A stretch of 62,953 nt of DNA from Peptostreptococcaceae bacterium (GTDB lineage Bacteria; Bacillota; Clostridia; Peptostreptococcales; BM714). The notes under the pieces were generated by a model that was not told the DNA's origin, did no database searches, and saw nothing but the letters and a program-made list of their open reading frames with translations. Location of the stretch: NCBI GenBank assembly GCA_016649995.1, contig JAENWJ010000004.1:1-62953 (forward strand). Reading direction: 5' to 3'. Positions 40,048-51,286 of this stretch are shown piece by piece. Positions within the stretch are counted from its first letter, which is position 1. Each line of letters starts with the position of its first letter. The translations under genes and the position numbers were made by a program.

Positions 40048-40123
40048 TTGCATCAGTCCTTTTCGGTTGAAATCCAAACTATATGCTCATGTCAATTAAA
40101 CCATTGCATACCCAACATGTTGA

Positions 40124-40241
40124 TTATCCATAGGCTTCTTGATAAGTCTGTGGATAATTTGCTCCGTTTTTTCATATTAATCAGGGTTAAACGAAAACTT
40201 ATCCACATTGTCCACATTTTTATCCACACAATATATAGTAT
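40124..40241. promoter_or_regulatory. DnaA-box cluster plus NrdR-like box
   Basis: TTATCCATA 40124, TGTGGATAA 40149, TTATCCACA 40199, TTGTCCACA 40208, TTATCCACA 40220; ACACAATATATAGTAT 40226-40241. Confidence 0.85.
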
Positions 40242-40245
40242 TTGG

Positions 40246-41661
40246 TCAATAATGTCTTATTACGCGGAATCGCGAAAGTTCATAATCCTCATCGGGATTT
40301 ATATTCGCCTTTTGAAGTGCTATTCGTATTTGTTCCTCCGCGCTGTCTATGCCCTCAAGATTGGGAAGCAGCAATCCCCTTCGTATACCTTTTTCTACGA
40401 TGACACCATATTCCTTTGGGTTCAAAGACCTTATCGAATATATCTTTTCCGGTTTTTCCAAGATATCCACCGAATACTCAATTTCATAAAGTTCGTCTTT
40501 ATCAACCGGCAAGAACCTTGGATCCTCCAATCCTGCCTTCAGTGCATTGTCTTTTATTTCATCAAAGATTGTTTCTTTTGTAGGAAAAATGGTTCCTATG
40601 CAGCCTCTAAGCTGACCATTTATTTTAAGGCTCACAAAAACTCCCGCCCTATTTTCTATGAGCTCTTTTCGAAATTCTGTGGAATACTCAACCGGCTCCT
40701 TTCCAAGGACACGGTTCTCAAGAGACATCCTAGCCAGTCCTACATACGCATCCTCATTATCCCTTATCTTACGCAAATATTCATTCCGCTCTTCATACAG
40801 GCTGTCAACAAGGCTTTCATTTATATCCTCAGAAGCTGTCGCTATGTTGAATACTGCTACCCCGTATCCGACTCCAAAAGGCTTTTGATATGAGAGCACC
40901 TCCGGATAGTTTTCAATTCCGTCAAGGCATCCAAGGAGTATGTCCAGAGACCTTAGGCCGCATTCTTCGGCCGGTTCACTTTCCTTACGGTCAAATTTCA
41001 CTATTGACTTGTAGTCTTTATTCCTTATAAGATCAAGCAGCTTATCATCGAATGCCGGCCCGGAAGAATGGAATCCGTAGGGGCCATCTTCCCTCAGCCT
41101 ATGGGACAGGTCACCGCTTGCTATTACCGATACATTGAAGTCCTTTCTCTCTATAGCTTCCTGTATCGCTTTCCCGAAGCTGTACAAATCCTCGCATGAC
41201 AACATTCCGTATGTTATGTGTATCAAATCGTAAGCCTTGTACTTTTTATCTATAAAGTAAAGCGGTACTATCGTGCCATGATCGAGTCCTTCTTCTAGGT
41301 CATACTGCCTAGCTGTCAAATCATCCACCTTGGCAGTAACAATGCAGCGAAGACCGGCTCTATTTACTATTTCATCAACAAGCACTTTGTTGTTGTTCTT
41401 GCTCACATAGACATTGCCGGCGTTAAAACGCTCTAAAGTCCCTCTCAAAAGGGATCCATAGGATATTGCTATGGCATCTCTGAAAACCGGCCCATGCGGT
41501 GTTATTACTATGATGGTATCGGGTCTCTTTTGCCTCACATCCTCTGCAATATATTCCATAGACTCGATGGTCGCACTTAATTTTTTTTCTTCCCCCTTGC
41601 CTATTTCCTTAATTATTATAGGTGGATGAGGCATTAGGTATGCCGACAGTACTTTCCCCAT
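40246..41661 (-). CDS. amrA: AmmeMemoRadiSam protein A: Memo/LigB-like domain fused to AMMECR1 domain
   Basis: PHPP, ITPHG, DHG, ASGDLSH, ECG, FGVGY, then LRGCIGT, DPRF, LLLP. Confidence 0.9.
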   Translation of the reverse strand: MGKVLSAYLMPHPPIIIKEIGKGEEKKLSATIESMEYIAEDVRQKRPDTIIVITPHGPVFRDAIAISYGSLLRGTLERFNAGNVYVSKNNNKVLVDEIVNRAGLRCIVTAKVDDLTARQYDLEEGLDHGTIVPLYFIDKKYKAYDLIHITYGMLSCEDLYSFGKAIQEAIERKDFNVSVIASGDLSHRLREDGPYGFHSSGPAFDDKLLDLIRNKDYKSIVKFDRKESEPAEECGLRSLDILLGCLDGIENYPEVLSYQKPFGVGYGVAVFNIATASEDINESLVDSLYEERNEYLRKIRDNEDAYVGLARMSLENRVLGKEPVEYSTEFRKELIENRAGVFVSLKINGQLRGCIGTIFPTKETIFDEIKDNALKAGLEDPRFLPVDKDELYEIEYSVDILEKPEKIYSIRSLNPKEYGVIVEKGIRRGLLLPNLEGIDSAEEQIRIALQKANINPDEDYELSRFRVIRHY

Positions 41662-41686
41662 TTGCAAAGCCCCCTTTAAAAATATA

Positions 41687-41713
41687 TTACCCCCATTGTC
41701 GCGCCGCAAAACT
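41687..41713 (-). promoter_or_regulatory. SigB-like promoter of amrA
   Basis: AGTTT-16 bp-GGGTAA ~25 bp before the ATG. Confidence 0.5.
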
Positions 41714-41870
41714 AAAAAGCATAATGCATGAGCATTTCGCTTTCTGATTAAGTAAACAATACCACATTGGTCAGTTTTGGAAAAATACAAAAGCGTTTTG
41801 AATCACAAATGCAGTCCAATTAAACTATTGATGCATTCCAATGATTTTTTCTTTAGTCTTTAAACTTTCT

Positions 41871-41972
41871 CTGCAAACTGCAAACTGCCGGCTATTTTGC
41901 CTTTTGCTTTTTCTTTCATCTTTTGTTCTTAATCTTTTGCTGCAAACTGCCCACTGCAAGCTGCCTACTGTT
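41871..41972 (+). repeat. Heptamer tracts (CTGCAAA family)
   Basis: ctgcaaa ctgcaaa ctgccgg ... ctgcaaa ctgccca ctgcaag ctgccta ctg; a similar tract lies at 31839-31866. Confidence 0.8.
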
Positions 41973-42013
41973 TTATGAAGCAACGCAGAAATTGGTGCTT
42001 GTCGACAATATGA

Positions 42014-42039
42014 AAGCACCATGCATATGCATGGTGCTT
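42014..42039 (-). terminator. rpsI terminator (perfect 26-bp palindrome)
   Basis: AAGCACCATGCATATGCATGGTGCTT. Confidence 0.7.
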
Positions 42040-42052
42040 AGAATAACAAAAC

Positions 42053-42445
42053 TTATCTTTTTGAGAATTGAGATGCTTTTCTTGCTTTTTTAAGACCGTA
42101 TTTCTTTCTTTCAACCATTCTAGAGTCTCTTGTAAGGAATCCTTCCTTCTTAAGTACCCCTCTGAGTTCTCCGTCCGCTTTCAAAAGCGCCCTTGAAACT
42201 CCGTGTCTTAAAGCTCCGGCTTGGCCTGTTGTTCCTCCGCCATTAACTTTCGCTAAAACATCAAATTTGCTTTCTGTTTCAGTCAGCAAAAGAGGTCTTC
42301 TTACTTCCATTCTGAGAGTTTCGTAGTTGAAATACTCTTCAATATCTCTACCATTTATTAGAATTTTACCATTTCCAGGCACCAATCTAACCCTGGCAAT
42401 GGACTTTTTCCTTCTTCCGGTTCCATAATACTGAACACTAGCCAT
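42053..42445 (-). CDS. rpsI: 30S ribosomal protein S9
   Basis: YGTGRRK, GGG.TGQAGA, QFSKR. Confidence 0.98.
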   Translation of the reverse strand: MASVQYYGTGRRKKSIARVRLVPGNGKILINGRDIEEYFNYETLRMEVRRPLLLTETESKFDVLAKVNGGGTTGQAGALRHGVSRALLKADGELRGVLKKEGFLTRDSRMVERKKYGLKKARKASQFSKR

Positions 42446-42462
42446 TTAACCATCCTCCTTCT

Positions 42463-42897
42463 TTATACTTGTATGTCCAAATCTTCAGGCATTTGAGCCT
42501 GATGGTTATGTTCCGCACCTTTGCACACTTTAAGTTTTTTAATTACCTGTCTACCAAGCTTGTTGTGGGGAACCATACCCTTTACTGCTTCGTATACGAT
42601 TCTATCGGATTTAGTAGCCATCATTTCTCTATACGTTCTCTCTTTGAGTCCGCCAGGATAGCCAGTATGCCATCTGTACATTTTTTGATCAAGCTTCTTG
42701 CCTGTCAACTTAACTTTGTCCGTATTTATGATGATTACGAAATCACCTGTGTCCACATGCGGTGTATAAATCGGTTTGTGTTTTCCTCTGATAATATTGG
42801 CAACTTGCGATGCCAATCTTCCAAGCGGCTTATCTGTTGCATCTACCACATACCATTTCTTTACAACCTCATGAGGCTTAGCTACAAAACTTTTCAT
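42463..42897 (-). CDS. rplM: 50S ribosomal protein L13
   Basis: [21 protein letters not shown]. Confidence 0.98.
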   Translation of the reverse strand: MKSFVAKPHEVVKKWYVVDATDKPLGRLASQVANIIRGKHKPIYTPHVDTGDFVIIINTDKVKLTGKKLDQKMYRWHTGYPGGLKERTYREMMATKSDRIVYEAVKGMVPHNKLGRQVIKKLKVCKGAEHNHQAQMPEDLDIQV

Positions 42898-43011
42898 TAC
42901 TTTACCTCCCAAATATGAATATGCTTCATATGTTTATTCTATTAAAAAAATGAATTTTCAAAACCCGGGGCATTGGGTTTGCTTGAATATTTCACTTTTC
43001 ACACTCTTGAT

Positions 43012-43040
43012 ATTATAATACGCCAGTCTTCAGGTGTCAA
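43012..43040 (-). promoter_or_regulatory. rplM promoter
   Basis: TTGACA-17 bp-TATAAT. Confidence 0.85.
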
Positions 43041-43052
43041 GGCAAATAACTT

Positions 43053-43793
43053 CTAATCGATATATTTTACCGTTTTTAGATAAAGACCCTGAGGCGGAGC
43101 CAATCGCATTGTTCGCCTATTGTCTTTGTCTTCTAGTATTTTAGGAATTTCACCAATTTCCAGACTTCCGCTTCCTGCTTCAAGCACTATTCCGACTATT
43201 CTCCTGACCATGTTGTACAAAAAACCGTTTCCTTCAACTTCCATAATAAGCAGATCGTTTTCCCGGGAAATTTTCGCCTTATAAATCGTCCTAACCGTCT
43301 TCTTTATTTTCGATCCAGAAGACATGAATGCCTTGAAATCATGCTCCCCTATAAACATTTGAAGCGCCTTCCGCATTTTTTCTTCTTCGAGATTGCGATA
43401 ATAATGGTATGCGTAGTTTCTGTAAACAGGTCTGCATACACTCCCGTTTTGAACCCTGTATAGATATGTTTTTCTTTTTGGATCGTATCTCGAATGAAAA
43501 TCCATAGGAACTTCCTCTGCCGAAAGTATTGCCACATCCGGAGGAAGGTATGCATTCACCGCCCGCGAAAATCTGTCCAATGCAATTTGAGTTTCCGATT
43601 TAAAATTGGCAACCTGTCCCAATGCGTGGACCTTTGCATCTGTTCTCCCGGAGCCAATGATTGACACTTCTTCATTTAAAACAACTGACAATGCATTGTT
43701 CAGGACTCCCTCGACAGTCCTTAGACCTACTTGCTTCTGCCATCCGCAGAAATCAGTCCCGTCATATTCAATAGTAAGTTTTATGTTTTTCAC
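43053..43793 (-). CDS. truA: tRNA pseudouridine(38-40) synthase
   Basis: EYDGT.F.GWQ, GRTDAKVHA, GFLYNMVR, APPQGL. Confidence 0.95.
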   Translation of the reverse strand: MKNIKLTIEYDGTDFCGWQKQVGLRTVEGVLNNALSVVLNEEVSIIGSGRTDAKVHALGQVANFKSETQIALDRFSRAVNAYLPPDVAILSAEEVPMDFHSRYDPKRKTYLYRVQNGSVCRPVYRNYAYHYYRNLEEEKMRKALQMFIGEHDFKAFMSSGSKIKKTVRTIYKAKISRENDLLIMEVEGNGFLYNMVRRIVGIVLEAGSGSLEIGEIPKILEDKDNRRTMRLAPPQGLYLKTVKYID

Positions 43794-43807
43794 TTTCCCA
43801 CCTGCCG

Positions 43808-44332
43808 TCAATGTCTAGTTCTTCCTCTGAAAACTCCGCCTTTGTTGACTCTTCCGTCGCTTGTGCAAATGAAGCTGCTCACATGATTCTTTTCTATTAT
43901 TTCGTAAATTCTATTTAAGTCCCGGCGCTTTAGGCTTATAAACAAAAGATACCTTTCTCCATCTCTGCCTTCACCTTTTATAACAGTTACGCCAAAGCCG
44001 TTTTTCCTGAGCTCGTCAACCAATCGGTCCTCTCTTTGATCAACGATGATTCTGAGCACAAGCTCTCCTAACGCAATTTTTTCTTCTATCATTATTCCAA
44101 CATAATTGCCCACCGAAAATCCGATGGCATAGGCTCCTATGAACCATATATTATCTAGGTCATTCATTACAGTACCCAATACCACTATGAAAAGAAGGGA
44201 TTCAAAGAATCCTATAAATGATGAAAAGAACTTTTTGTTTTTAGTCATCAGAATGGTCCTGATAGACACCAGCGCTGCAATTATTACACGCGCCAAAAAA
44301 ATGTACAAACCTTTTAAAATTAATGCTTCCAC
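43808..44332 (-). CDS. UPF0316/DUF2179 membrane protein
   Basis: FLAR...SIRT, GFFE, AYAIGFSVGNYVG..IEEKIALG, GFGVT..GEG. Confidence 0.85.
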   Translation of the reverse strand: MEALILKGLYIFLARVIIAALVSIRTILMTKNKKFFSSFIGFFESLLFIVVLGTVMNDLDNIWFIGAYAIGFSVGNYVGIMIEEKIALGELVLRIIVDQREDRLVDELRKNGFGVTVIKGEGRDGERYLLFISLKRRDLNRIYEIIEKNHVSSFICTSDGRVNKGGVFRGRTRH

Positions 44333-44375
44333 TTTTATTTTCTCTCCTTATTGATATATTGTAAACCTTTCATGT

Positions 44376-45173
44376 TCATCTGAACCTTAAAAATATCAGA
44401 TATCCAAAACATAAAAATACCATAATCGAACCCGCCGCGTCACCTCTATTAAACTTAAGCTGCTTCATACGGGTTCTACTTTTGCCGCCTCTGTAGCATC
44501 TTGCCTCCATGGCGGTGGCCAAATCATCCGCGCGTCTGAATGCCCCTATGAATAGAGGAACAAGCAGTGGAATAAGGCTTTTGGCTCTCTTTACAATGTT
44601 TCCACTTTCAAAATCGGCCCCTCTTGCCATTTGGGCCTTCATTATCTTGTCAGTCTCCTCAAGTATTGTCGGAATGAATCTTAGCGCAATGGTCATCATC
44701 ATTGCCAATTCATGTGCCGGCACTCCTATTTTCTTAAATGGACCAAGGAGCTTTTCTATTCCGTCAGTCAGTTCTATCGGAGATGTTGTCAACGTCAGGA
44801 TTGATGTCCCTATAATAAGGAATACGAGTCTAAGACTCATGAAAACCGCCTGATTCAAGCCTTCCCTAGTGATTTTGAAAATCCCAATTTCATAAAGAAC
44901 CTCTCCACGCGTCAAAAACATATTAATTGTGAAGGTAAACAGAATTATCAAGAATATCGGTTTAAGCCCTTTAAGTATGTACTTCAGAGGGACTTTCGAC
45001 AAGGCTATCACAATCCCTAAAAGTGCGGCCACATATAAATAATTGGACAATGAATCGACTAAAAACAGAACGATAACGAATCCAAAAACAGATAATATCT
45101 TAAGCCTCGGATCCCTGCGATGAACCATTGATTCGACGGGATAGTACTGTCCTATAGTTATATCTCTAAGCAT
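44376..45173 (-). CDS. ecfT: ECF transporter T component
   Basis: ITIGQY, ALRFIP, QMARG, AMEARCY. Confidence 0.95.
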   Translation of the reverse strand: MLRDITIGQYYPVESMVHRRDPRLKILSVFGFVIVLFLVDSLSNYLYVAALLGIVIALSKVPLKYILKGLKPIFLIILFTFTINMFLTRGEVLYEIGIFKITREGLNQAVFMSLRLVFLIIGTSILTLTTSPIELTDGIEKLLGPFKKIGVPAHELAMMMTIALRFIPTILEETDKIMKAQMARGADFESGNIVKRAKSLIPLLVPLFIGAFRRADDLATAMEARCYRGGKSRTRMKQLKFNRGDAAGSIMVFLCFGYLIFLRFR

Positions 45174-46029
45174 TTTTTCTGCTCCTTGCCAATCTCATTA
45201 TTTCTTCTTTGGCCTCTTCCACTGTCAATGCCCCCTTTTTAACATCAGTTAATCTCTGACTCAGTTTTTCCATTAGCGCTGTCATCTGGGGCACTCCCAA
45301 ATCTATGTTTTCAAGCGCATCAACCTGTGAGAAAACTTCTTTTGGCGTTCCGGAAAAAGCTATTGAACCCTTGTTTATTACAAGAACCTTTCCGCAAAGC
45401 CTTGCTATATCTTCCATGCTATGAGAAATCAAAAGCACTGTCGTATTATGTTTTTTATGAAGCAAACTAATCTTTTCGAGAATCTCGCTTCGCCCTCTGG
45501 GATCCAGGCCGGCTGTCGGCTCGTCCAATATGAGAACCTCTGGTTTCATCGCAATTATTCCCGCAATTGCAACCCGTCTCCGCTGACCTCCACTCAGTTC
45601 AAAAGGAGAGCGATCCTTTATCTCATCAAAATCAAGTCCAACCGTTTCAATAGCTTCCTTTGTCCTTTCATTCACTTCTTTTTCCGAAAGTCCCAAATTT
45701 CCAGGTCCAAAAGCAACATCCTTCTCAACTGTTTCTTCAAAAAGCTGGTACTCCGGATATTGGAACACGAGGCCGACTTTTTTTCGGACATCATTCATTT
45801 TAACTTTTTTTCCTGTAATATCAAGTCCGTTTATCAGTATTGTGCCGGACTCAGCCTTAAGCAGCCCGTTGAGGTGCTGTATTAACGTAGACTTTCCTGA
45901 ACCTGTATGGCCTATGAGCCCTGTAAATTCACCTGTTTCTATTTCAAAACAGATGTTTCTGAGAGCCATGGTTTCAAAAGGGCTTTTGGGGTTATATGTG
46001 TGTGTAAGATCCTTTACAATAATCGACAT
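45166..46029 (-). CDS. ecfA2: ECF transporter ATPase A2
   Basis: [27 protein letters not shown]. Confidence 0.93.
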   Translation of the reverse strand: MSIIVKDLTHTYNPKSPFETMALRNICFEIETGEFTGLIGHTGSGKSTLIQHLNGLLKAESGTILINGLDITGKKVKMNDVRKKVGLVFQYPEYQLFEETVEKDVAFGPGNLGLSEKEVNERTKEAIETVGLDFDEIKDRSPFELSGGQRRRVAIAGIIAMKPEVLILDEPTAGLDPRGRSEILEKISLLHKKHNTTVLLISHSMEDIARLCGKVLVINKGSIAFSGTPKEVFSQVDALENIDLGVPQMTALMEKLSQRLTDVKKGALTVEEAKEEIMRLARSRKNA

Positions 46030-46850
46030 AATTCATCCACCATTTCTTCCATAGTCAGTATACCGTCTTTTACCTTTAGCCCCTCCGCTTTAAGGGCGTT
46101 TGCCAAAAGTGTCACCTGAGGCAAGTCAAGTCCGCATTCCATAATGATTTCCGGCCTGGAAAAGACCTCTTTTGGTGTTCCCTGAATGACTATCTTCCCG
46201 TCATCCATTACCAAAATTCTGTCGGCGCGAACAGCCTCCTCCATGAAGTGCGTTATATGAATAATTGTTATTCCTTCTCTTTTGTTGAGACCGGTGATTG
46301 TTTCGATGACTTCTTTTCTGCCTGCGGGATCAAGCATAGCTGTCGGCTCGTCAAGAATTATGCATTCGGGCTTCATCGCCAATATACCAGCAATCGCAAT
46401 CCTCTGCTTCTGGCCGCCCGACAATAGGTGGGGAGGTTTTCGCTTGTATTCATCCATTCCCACGGCTGCTATGGCCAAATCTACTCTTTTTCTTATCTCT
46501 AGCGGAGGAATACCCAAATTTTCCGGGCCAAAAGCAACATCTTCCTCCACAATTGTAGCTACTATCTGATTATCTGGATTTTGGAAAACCATTCCAGCGC
46601 TTCTTCTGATTTCCCAAAGATTATTTTCGTCTTTAGTGTCCATTCCATTGACCAGCACTTGGCCATCACATGGAAGAAGTATTGCATTTAGCATTTTAGC
46701 CAATGTGGACTTTCCTGAGCCGTTGTGACCTATCACAACAACGAATTCACCGCGCTTGACCTGAAACTCCACATTGTCAACCGCCAAGAATTCCTCTTCT
46801 TCAATTATATATTTATATGAAGCTTTTTTTACTTCGATAATATTTTCCAT
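46014..46850 (-). CDS. ecfA1: ECF transporter ATPase A1
   Basis: [24 protein letters not shown]. Confidence 0.93.
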   Translation of the reverse strand: MENIIEVKKASYKYIIEEEEFLAVDNVEFQVKRGEFVVVIGHNGSGKSTLAKMLNAILLPCDGQVLVNGMDTKDENNLWEIRRSAGMVFQNPDNQIVATIVEEDVAFGPENLGIPPLEIRKRVDLAIAAVGMDEYKRKPPHLLSGGQKQRIAIAGILAMKPECIILDEPTAMLDPAGRKEVIETITGLNKREGITIIHITHFMEEAVRADRILVMDDGKIVIQGTPKEVFSRPEIIMECGLDLPQVTLLANALKAEGLKVKDGILTMEEMVDELCRLL

Positions 46851-46961
46851 TGCTTTGCCTCTACTTCCAATTATTATAACTCTATAGATTGTGCCCATGC
46901 CGGGCACACATAAAAAAAGGGATTAAGTATTGACTTAACCCCTTGATTGCTCTTCAGACGA

Positions 46962-47303
46962 CTATACCAGTTCCAAAAGAACCATGGGTGAAGCGTCTCC
47001 TCTTCTTTGTCCAATTTTGATTATTCTCGTGTAACCGCCGTTTCTATCGCTGTATTTAGGTGCGATTTCATCAAACATGTTCTTGACAACGGTTTCATCA
47101 AGCATATAAGCCATAGCTTGACGTCTTGCATGCAAGTCGCCTCTTTTAGCCAGCGTAATCATTTTTTCCGCTATTCTCTTGGCTTCTTTGGCTTTAGCCT
47201 CAGTTGTCTCAATGCGACCGCTCTTAATCAAGCTTGTCACGATATTTCTTAGCATGAGATTCCTGTGGTCGGTTCTGCGACCCAGCCTTCTGTATCCAAC
47301 CAT
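46962..47303 (-). CDS. rplQ: 50S ribosomal protein L17
   Basis: [16 protein letters not shown]. Confidence 0.98.
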   Translation of the reverse strand: MVGYRRLGRRTDHRNLMLRNIVTSLIKSGRIETTEAKAKEAKRIAEKMITLAKRGDLHARRQAMAYMLDETVVKNMFDEIAPKYSDRNGGYTRIIKIGQRRGDASPMVLLELV

Positions 47304-47326
47304 AAAGATCCCTCCTTTATTTAAGT

Positions 47327-48277
47327 CTATTCATCATCCTGCTTAAGGATCAGTTCCAATTCAATTAATTTTTCCCTAACTTCTTCCAAGGATTTCTTTC
47401 CGAGATTTCTTACTTTCATCATGTCATCCTCGGTTTTCTGTATAAGGTCTTCAACCGTATTGATTCCGGCACGCTTAAGACAGTTGTAGGAACGGACCGA
47501 AAGATCAAGTTCTTCTATAGTCATCTCAAGCACTTTTTCCTTCTTGTCCTCTTCTTTTTCTACCATTATTTCTACATCACTAATACTCTCAGTCAAGCAT
47601 ATGAAAAGATTTAAATGTTCACTCATTATCTTTGAACCAAGTGAAACTGCTTCATCGGGACTGATGCTGCCATCGGTCCAAACCTCAATCGTTAATTTAT
47701 CGAAATCTGTAACATGTCCAACCCTTGTATCTTCAACTTTGTAGTTGACTTTTCTTACAGGGGTATAGATTGAATCCATAGGGATTACTCCGATAGGCAT
47801 CTCTTCATTCTTGTTGCCTTCGGCAGACACATAGCCTCTTCCTCTGGCAATTCCAAGTACCATGTTCATTTCCGAATCTTCATCGATTGTTGCAATATAC
47901 ATGTCGGGATTAAGGATTTCAACATCGGCGTCAGCCTTGATGTCTCCCGCCGTAATAATTCCCGGCCCCTTTTTCTCAATTCTTACTTCCTTGACCGATT
48001 CATCAGAGTGAATCTTAGCGGACAATCCCTTTAAGTTGAGTATGATATCAACTACATCTTCGCTTACTCCTGAAATAGTTGAAAACTCGTGCAGTACACC
48101 ATCAATTTTAATCCATTTGACAGCCACACCAGGCAAAGACGAAAGAAGAATTCTTCTCAGACTGTTGCCTATGGTTATCCCGTAGCCTCTTTCAAGAGGT
48201 TCTACGACAATTTTTCCATATGTGCCATCGCTTGACATTTCGACGCATTCAATTCTCGGTTTTTCTATTTCTATCAT
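47327..48277 (-). CDS. rpoA: RNA polymerase alpha subunit
   Basis: [22 protein letters not shown]. Confidence 0.99.
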   Translation of the reverse strand: MIEIEKPRIECVEMSSDGTYGKIVVEPLERGYGITIGNSLRRILLSSLPGVAVKWIKIDGVLHEFSTISGVSEDVVDIILNLKGLSAKIHSDESVKEVRIEKKGPGIITAGDIKADADVEILNPDMYIATIDEDSEMNMVLGIARGRGYVSAEGNKNEEMPIGVIPMDSIYTPVRKVNYKVEDTRVGHVTDFDKLTIEVWTDGSISPDEAVSLGSKIMSEHLNLFICLTESISDVEIMVEKEEDKKEKVLEMTIEELDLSVRSYNCLKRAGINTVEDLIQKTEDDMMKVRNLGKKSLEEVREKLIELELILKQDDE

Positions 48278-48329
48278 ACAATGCCCTCCCTCTTAGCATA
48301 TTGTCATTCCGAGGGTTACCGGATTCTAA

Positions 48330-48953
48330 TTATTTGGAATACAATTCTACGATTAAATGTTCCTCGACCGGTATATCAATATCTTCTCTGGCCGGCAACG
48401 CTACAACTTTACCTTCCATTTTTTCAGGATCAACCGACAACCAGCTCGGAACACTTACCGATTTTTCAGCAATTTCCTTAAACTTGGGTGAAGATTTGCT
48501 CTTCTCTTTAACCGCTATCGCATCCCCGATTTTTACCATCATCGAAGGAATCGTAGCCTTTTTGCCATTGATTGTAAAATGTCCGTGTGTAACGAGTTGG
48601 CGTGCTTCTTTTCTTGAAGCGGCCATTCCCATTCTGAACACAGTATTGTCCAAACGAGTTTCGAGTATTCTCAGGAAGTTTTCGCCTGTGATGCCCGCTT
48701 GCTTTTCTGCTTTGTCAAAATGCCTCTTGAATTGATTTTCCAAGAGTCCGTAATATCTTTTGACCTTCTGCTTTTCTCTTAATTGAATTCCATAGTTGGA
48801 AGGCTTGTTTCTTCTTCCCTCGCCATGTTGTCCAGGCGCTTTAGCACGTCTGTTCATTGCACATTTATCACTATAGCATCTTTCGCCTTTCAGGAAAAGT
48901 TTCTGTCCCTCTCTTCGGCAAAGTCTGCATGATGGTCCTGTGTATCTTGCCAT
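48330..48953 (-). CDS. rpsD: 30S ribosomal protein S4
   Basis: [27 protein letters not shown]. Confidence 0.98.
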   Translation of the reverse strand: MARYTGPSCRLCRREGQKLFLKGERCYSDKCAMNRRAKAPGQHGEGRRNKPSNYGIQLREKQKVKRYYGLLENQFKRHFDKAEKQAGITGENFLRILETRLDNTVFRMGMAASRKEARQLVTHGHFTINGKKATIPSMMVKIGDAIAVKEKSKSSPKFKEIAEKSVSVPSWLSVDPEKMEGKVVALPAREDIDIPVEEHLIVELYSK

Positions 48954-48977
48954 TCTACTTTCACCTCCTAATCTAAC

Positions 48978-49373
48978 TTAAACTCTTCTACGTTTGGGCG
49001 GTCTGCAACCATTGTGCGGTACCGGAGTAACATCTTTGATTGAACTAATTTCCAATCCAGTGGCCTGAAGAGATCTTATTGCTGACTCTCTGCCTGCTCC
49101 AGGACCCTTTACAAAAACCTCAACATGCTTGAGGCCATGCTCCATAGCATCTTTTGCGGCTTGCTCTCCCGTCATTTGCGCTGCATAAGGAGTGGATTTT
49201 CTTGAACCCTTGAATCCGAGTCCTCCGGCGCTTGCCCATGCAATAACATTGCCGGACATGTCGGTCAATGTCACAATTGTATTGTTGAATGTGGACTGAA
49301 TATGTGCCTGCCCACGCTCTATATGCTTTTTCTCACGTTTTTTTCTACGTGCTTTACGCACTATCTTCGCCAT
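48978..49373 (-). CDS. rpsK: 30S ribosomal protein S11
   Basis: [24 protein letters not shown]. Confidence 0.98.
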   Translation of the reverse strand: MAKIVRKARRKKREKKHIERGQAHIQSTFNNTIVTLTDMSGNVIAWASAGGLGFKGSRKSTPYAAQMTGEQAAKDAMEHGLKHVEVFVKGPGAGRESAIRSLQATGLEISSIKDVTPVPHNGCRPPKRRRV

Positions 49374-49391
49374 GTTTCAAAACCTCCTTTG

Positions 49392-49760
49392 CTATTTCTT
49401 CTTGCGGCCTACCATTCTTTTGGGGCCTTTTCTCGTTCTTGCATTTGTCTTAGTTTTTTGGCCTCTAACTGGAAGACCTCTTCTATGACGTATTCCTCTA
49501 TAACAGCCTATTTCCTTGAGTCTCTTTATATTCAAGGCAACTTCCCGTCTAAGATCTCCTTCGACTTGATGCTCATCGACGATGATTTGTCTAAGCTTGC
49601 TGACTTCCTCTTCCGTCAAATCCTTGACTCTAGTATCCTTGTTGATTCCAGCTTTCGCCAAGATTTTCTGGGAATTTGATCTTCCTATACCAAAGATATA
49701 AGTCAATCCAATTTCGACTCTTTTATCTCTTGGCAAGTCAACGCCTGCGATTCTCGCCAT
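49392..49760 (-). CDS. rpsM: 30S ribosomal protein S13
   Basis: [27 protein letters not shown]. Confidence 0.98.
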   Translation of the reverse strand: MARIAGVDLPRDKRVEIGLTYIFGIGRSNSQKILAKAGINKDTRVKDLTEEEVSKLRQIIVDEHQVEGDLRREVALNIKRLKEIGCYRGIRHRRGLPVRGQKTKTNARTRKGPKRMVGRKKK

Positions 49761-49870
49761 TAAACCGTACACCTCCTGTTTGAATCCGTTTGTTGTTGTT
49801 TTCAATTCATTAGTGCAGCCGCGCTTTTATTTGAATTGACAGTAAATCATACTCAACCCTGCATCAAGCA

Positions 49871-49984
49871 TCAACCTTGCTTTTGCTTGTGTTTGGGATT
49901 TTCACAAATAACCATGACCTTGCCTTTTCTTTTTATAACTTTACATTTTTCACACATTGGTTTTACAGAAGATCTGATTTTCAT
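49871..49984 (-). CDS. rpmJ: 50S ribosomal protein L36 (Zn-binding form)
   Basis: Manual translation [37 protein letters not shown]; not in the ORF track. Confidence 0.97.
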   Translation of the reverse strand: MKIRSSVKPMCEKCKVIKRKGKVMVICENPKHKQKQG

Positions 49985-50000
49985 TATTTCCCCTCCTCTA

Positions 50001-50219
50001 TCACTTGCCTCGCCATGTGATTCGGCCTCTGGTCAAATCGTAAGGAGACAGCTCCATTGTTACTTTGTCGCCGGGCAATATTCGAATGTAATGCATTCTC
50101 AGTTTACCTGAAATATGGGCCAAAACAACATGTCCATTTTCCAATTCCACTTTAAATGTTGCATTCGGCAGAGCCTCTAAGACGACGCCTTTTACTTCAA
50201 TTGCAGTTTCTTTAGCCAT
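50001..50219 (-). CDS. infA: Translation initiation factor IF-1
   Basis: [23 protein letters not shown]. Confidence 0.98.
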   Translation of the reverse strand: MAKETAIEVKGVVLEALPNATFKVELENGHVVLAHISGKLRMHYIRILPGDKVTMELSPYDLTRGRITWRGK

Positions 50220-50234
50220 TAGGAAGCATTCCTC

Positions 50235-50534
50235 CTATTCTATGGGTCGGTCGGTTTCGAGCTTGTCGATTTCCGTTCTGAGCATCAGATTCGTTATTGT
50301 CATGTTTTGATTGTTTCTCCTTGCAATCAGCTCACTTACCAAATTGTACTTGGAAAGATGCTTGACCTTCTTTTTCTTCGGATTGCCGATTCTTCTCAGG
50401 TCGCCGTCTGCAACTATAACATATTGATCATCAATCACTTCAACAATTATGAAAACTCTTCCTTTGTCTCTTCCAGCCTTTGATCTTACAAATTGCCCTA
50501 TCTTTAATTCTTTTGTATCCAGCAATTCAGACAC
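50235..50534 (-). CDS. KOW-domain (L14e-like) RNA-binding protein
   Basis: GQFVRSKAGRDKG...ADG...PKKKKVKHL, between map and infA. Confidence 0.9.
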   Translation of the reverse strand: MSELLDTKELKIGQFVRSKAGRDKGRVFIIVEVIDDQYVIVADGDLRRIGNPKKKKVKHLSKYNLVSELIARRNNQNMTITNLMLRTEIDKLETDRPIE

Positions 50535-50539
50535 CTCTT

Positions 50540-51286
50540 TTACAGTTGAGTCAGTATAATCGGCTCTCCCTCAGTAATCGCGATTGTGTGTTCGTAATGG
50601 GCAGATAACTTGCCGTCCGCCGTAACAACAGTCCATTCATTACTAAGTGTCTGCACCCTGAAAGTTCCTGCATTTACCATGGGTTCGATTGCAATAACCA
50701 TCCCGGCAGCAAGTCTCAGACCTTTTCCGGGAGGACCATAATTCGGAACCTGCGGATCCTCGTGCAACGCAGTACCGACTCCGTGACCAACATAATCCCT
50801 TACTACGGAAAAGCCATTTTCCTCGACATATTTTTGTACCGCATGTGATATATCCGATAATCTGTATCCCACTTTGCAATACTTAAAACCTTCGAAAAAA
50901 CTTTGGCGCGTCACAGCTATGAGCCTTTCGGCCTCGTCGCTGATTTCGCCGACAGGGAATGTTCTCGCCCCATCGCCATAATAACCTTTTATTTTCGAAC
51001 CGACATCCACACTTATAATATCACCTTTTTTAAGCACCCGTCCATCAGGTATGCCATGCACAACCTGTTCGTTAACGGAAGCGCATATGGAAGCAGGAAA
51101 TCCTCCATAGCCCTTGAATGCCGGGATTGCTCCCAATTCGATGATTTTCTTTTCAGCGATTTGATCCAGTTCAAGCGTTGTCATGCCAGGCTTTATGACT
51201 TCCTCCATTAATTTATGGACCTCAGCCACAATTTTCCCAGCTTCTTTCATATATTCAATTTCCTGCCCTGTCTTGATTGTAACCAT
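50540..51286 (-). CDS. map: Methionine aminopeptidase type I
   Basis: [31 protein letters not shown]. Confidence 0.97.
   Translation of the reverse strand: MVTIKTGQEIEYMKEAGKIVAEVHKLMEEVIKPGMTTLELDQIAEKKIIELGAIPAFKGYGGFPASICASVNEQVVHGIPDGRVLKKGDIISVDVGSKIKGYYGDGARTFPVGEISDEAERLIAVTRQSFFEGFKYCKVGYRLSDISHAVQKYVEENGFSVVRDYVGHGVGTALHEDPQVPNYGPPGKGLRLAAGMVIAIEPMVNAGTFRVQTLSNEWTVVTADGKLSAHYEHTIAITEGEPIILTQL

Noticed and set aside
40124..40241. Chromosomal origin oriC
   Set aside because: No dnaA/dnaN/rpmH nearby, and gene orientation stays minus on both sides.
39979..40893. 304-aa plus-strand ORF
   Set aside because: Antisense shadow of amrA/amrS with atypical composition and no motifs; the same applies to the many plus-strand ORFs over his and ribosomal genes.
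42014..42039. Second copy of the DUF134 operator (TGCATATGCA core)
   Set aside because: Lies immediately after the rpsI stop as a longer hairpin; a terminator is the simpler explanation.
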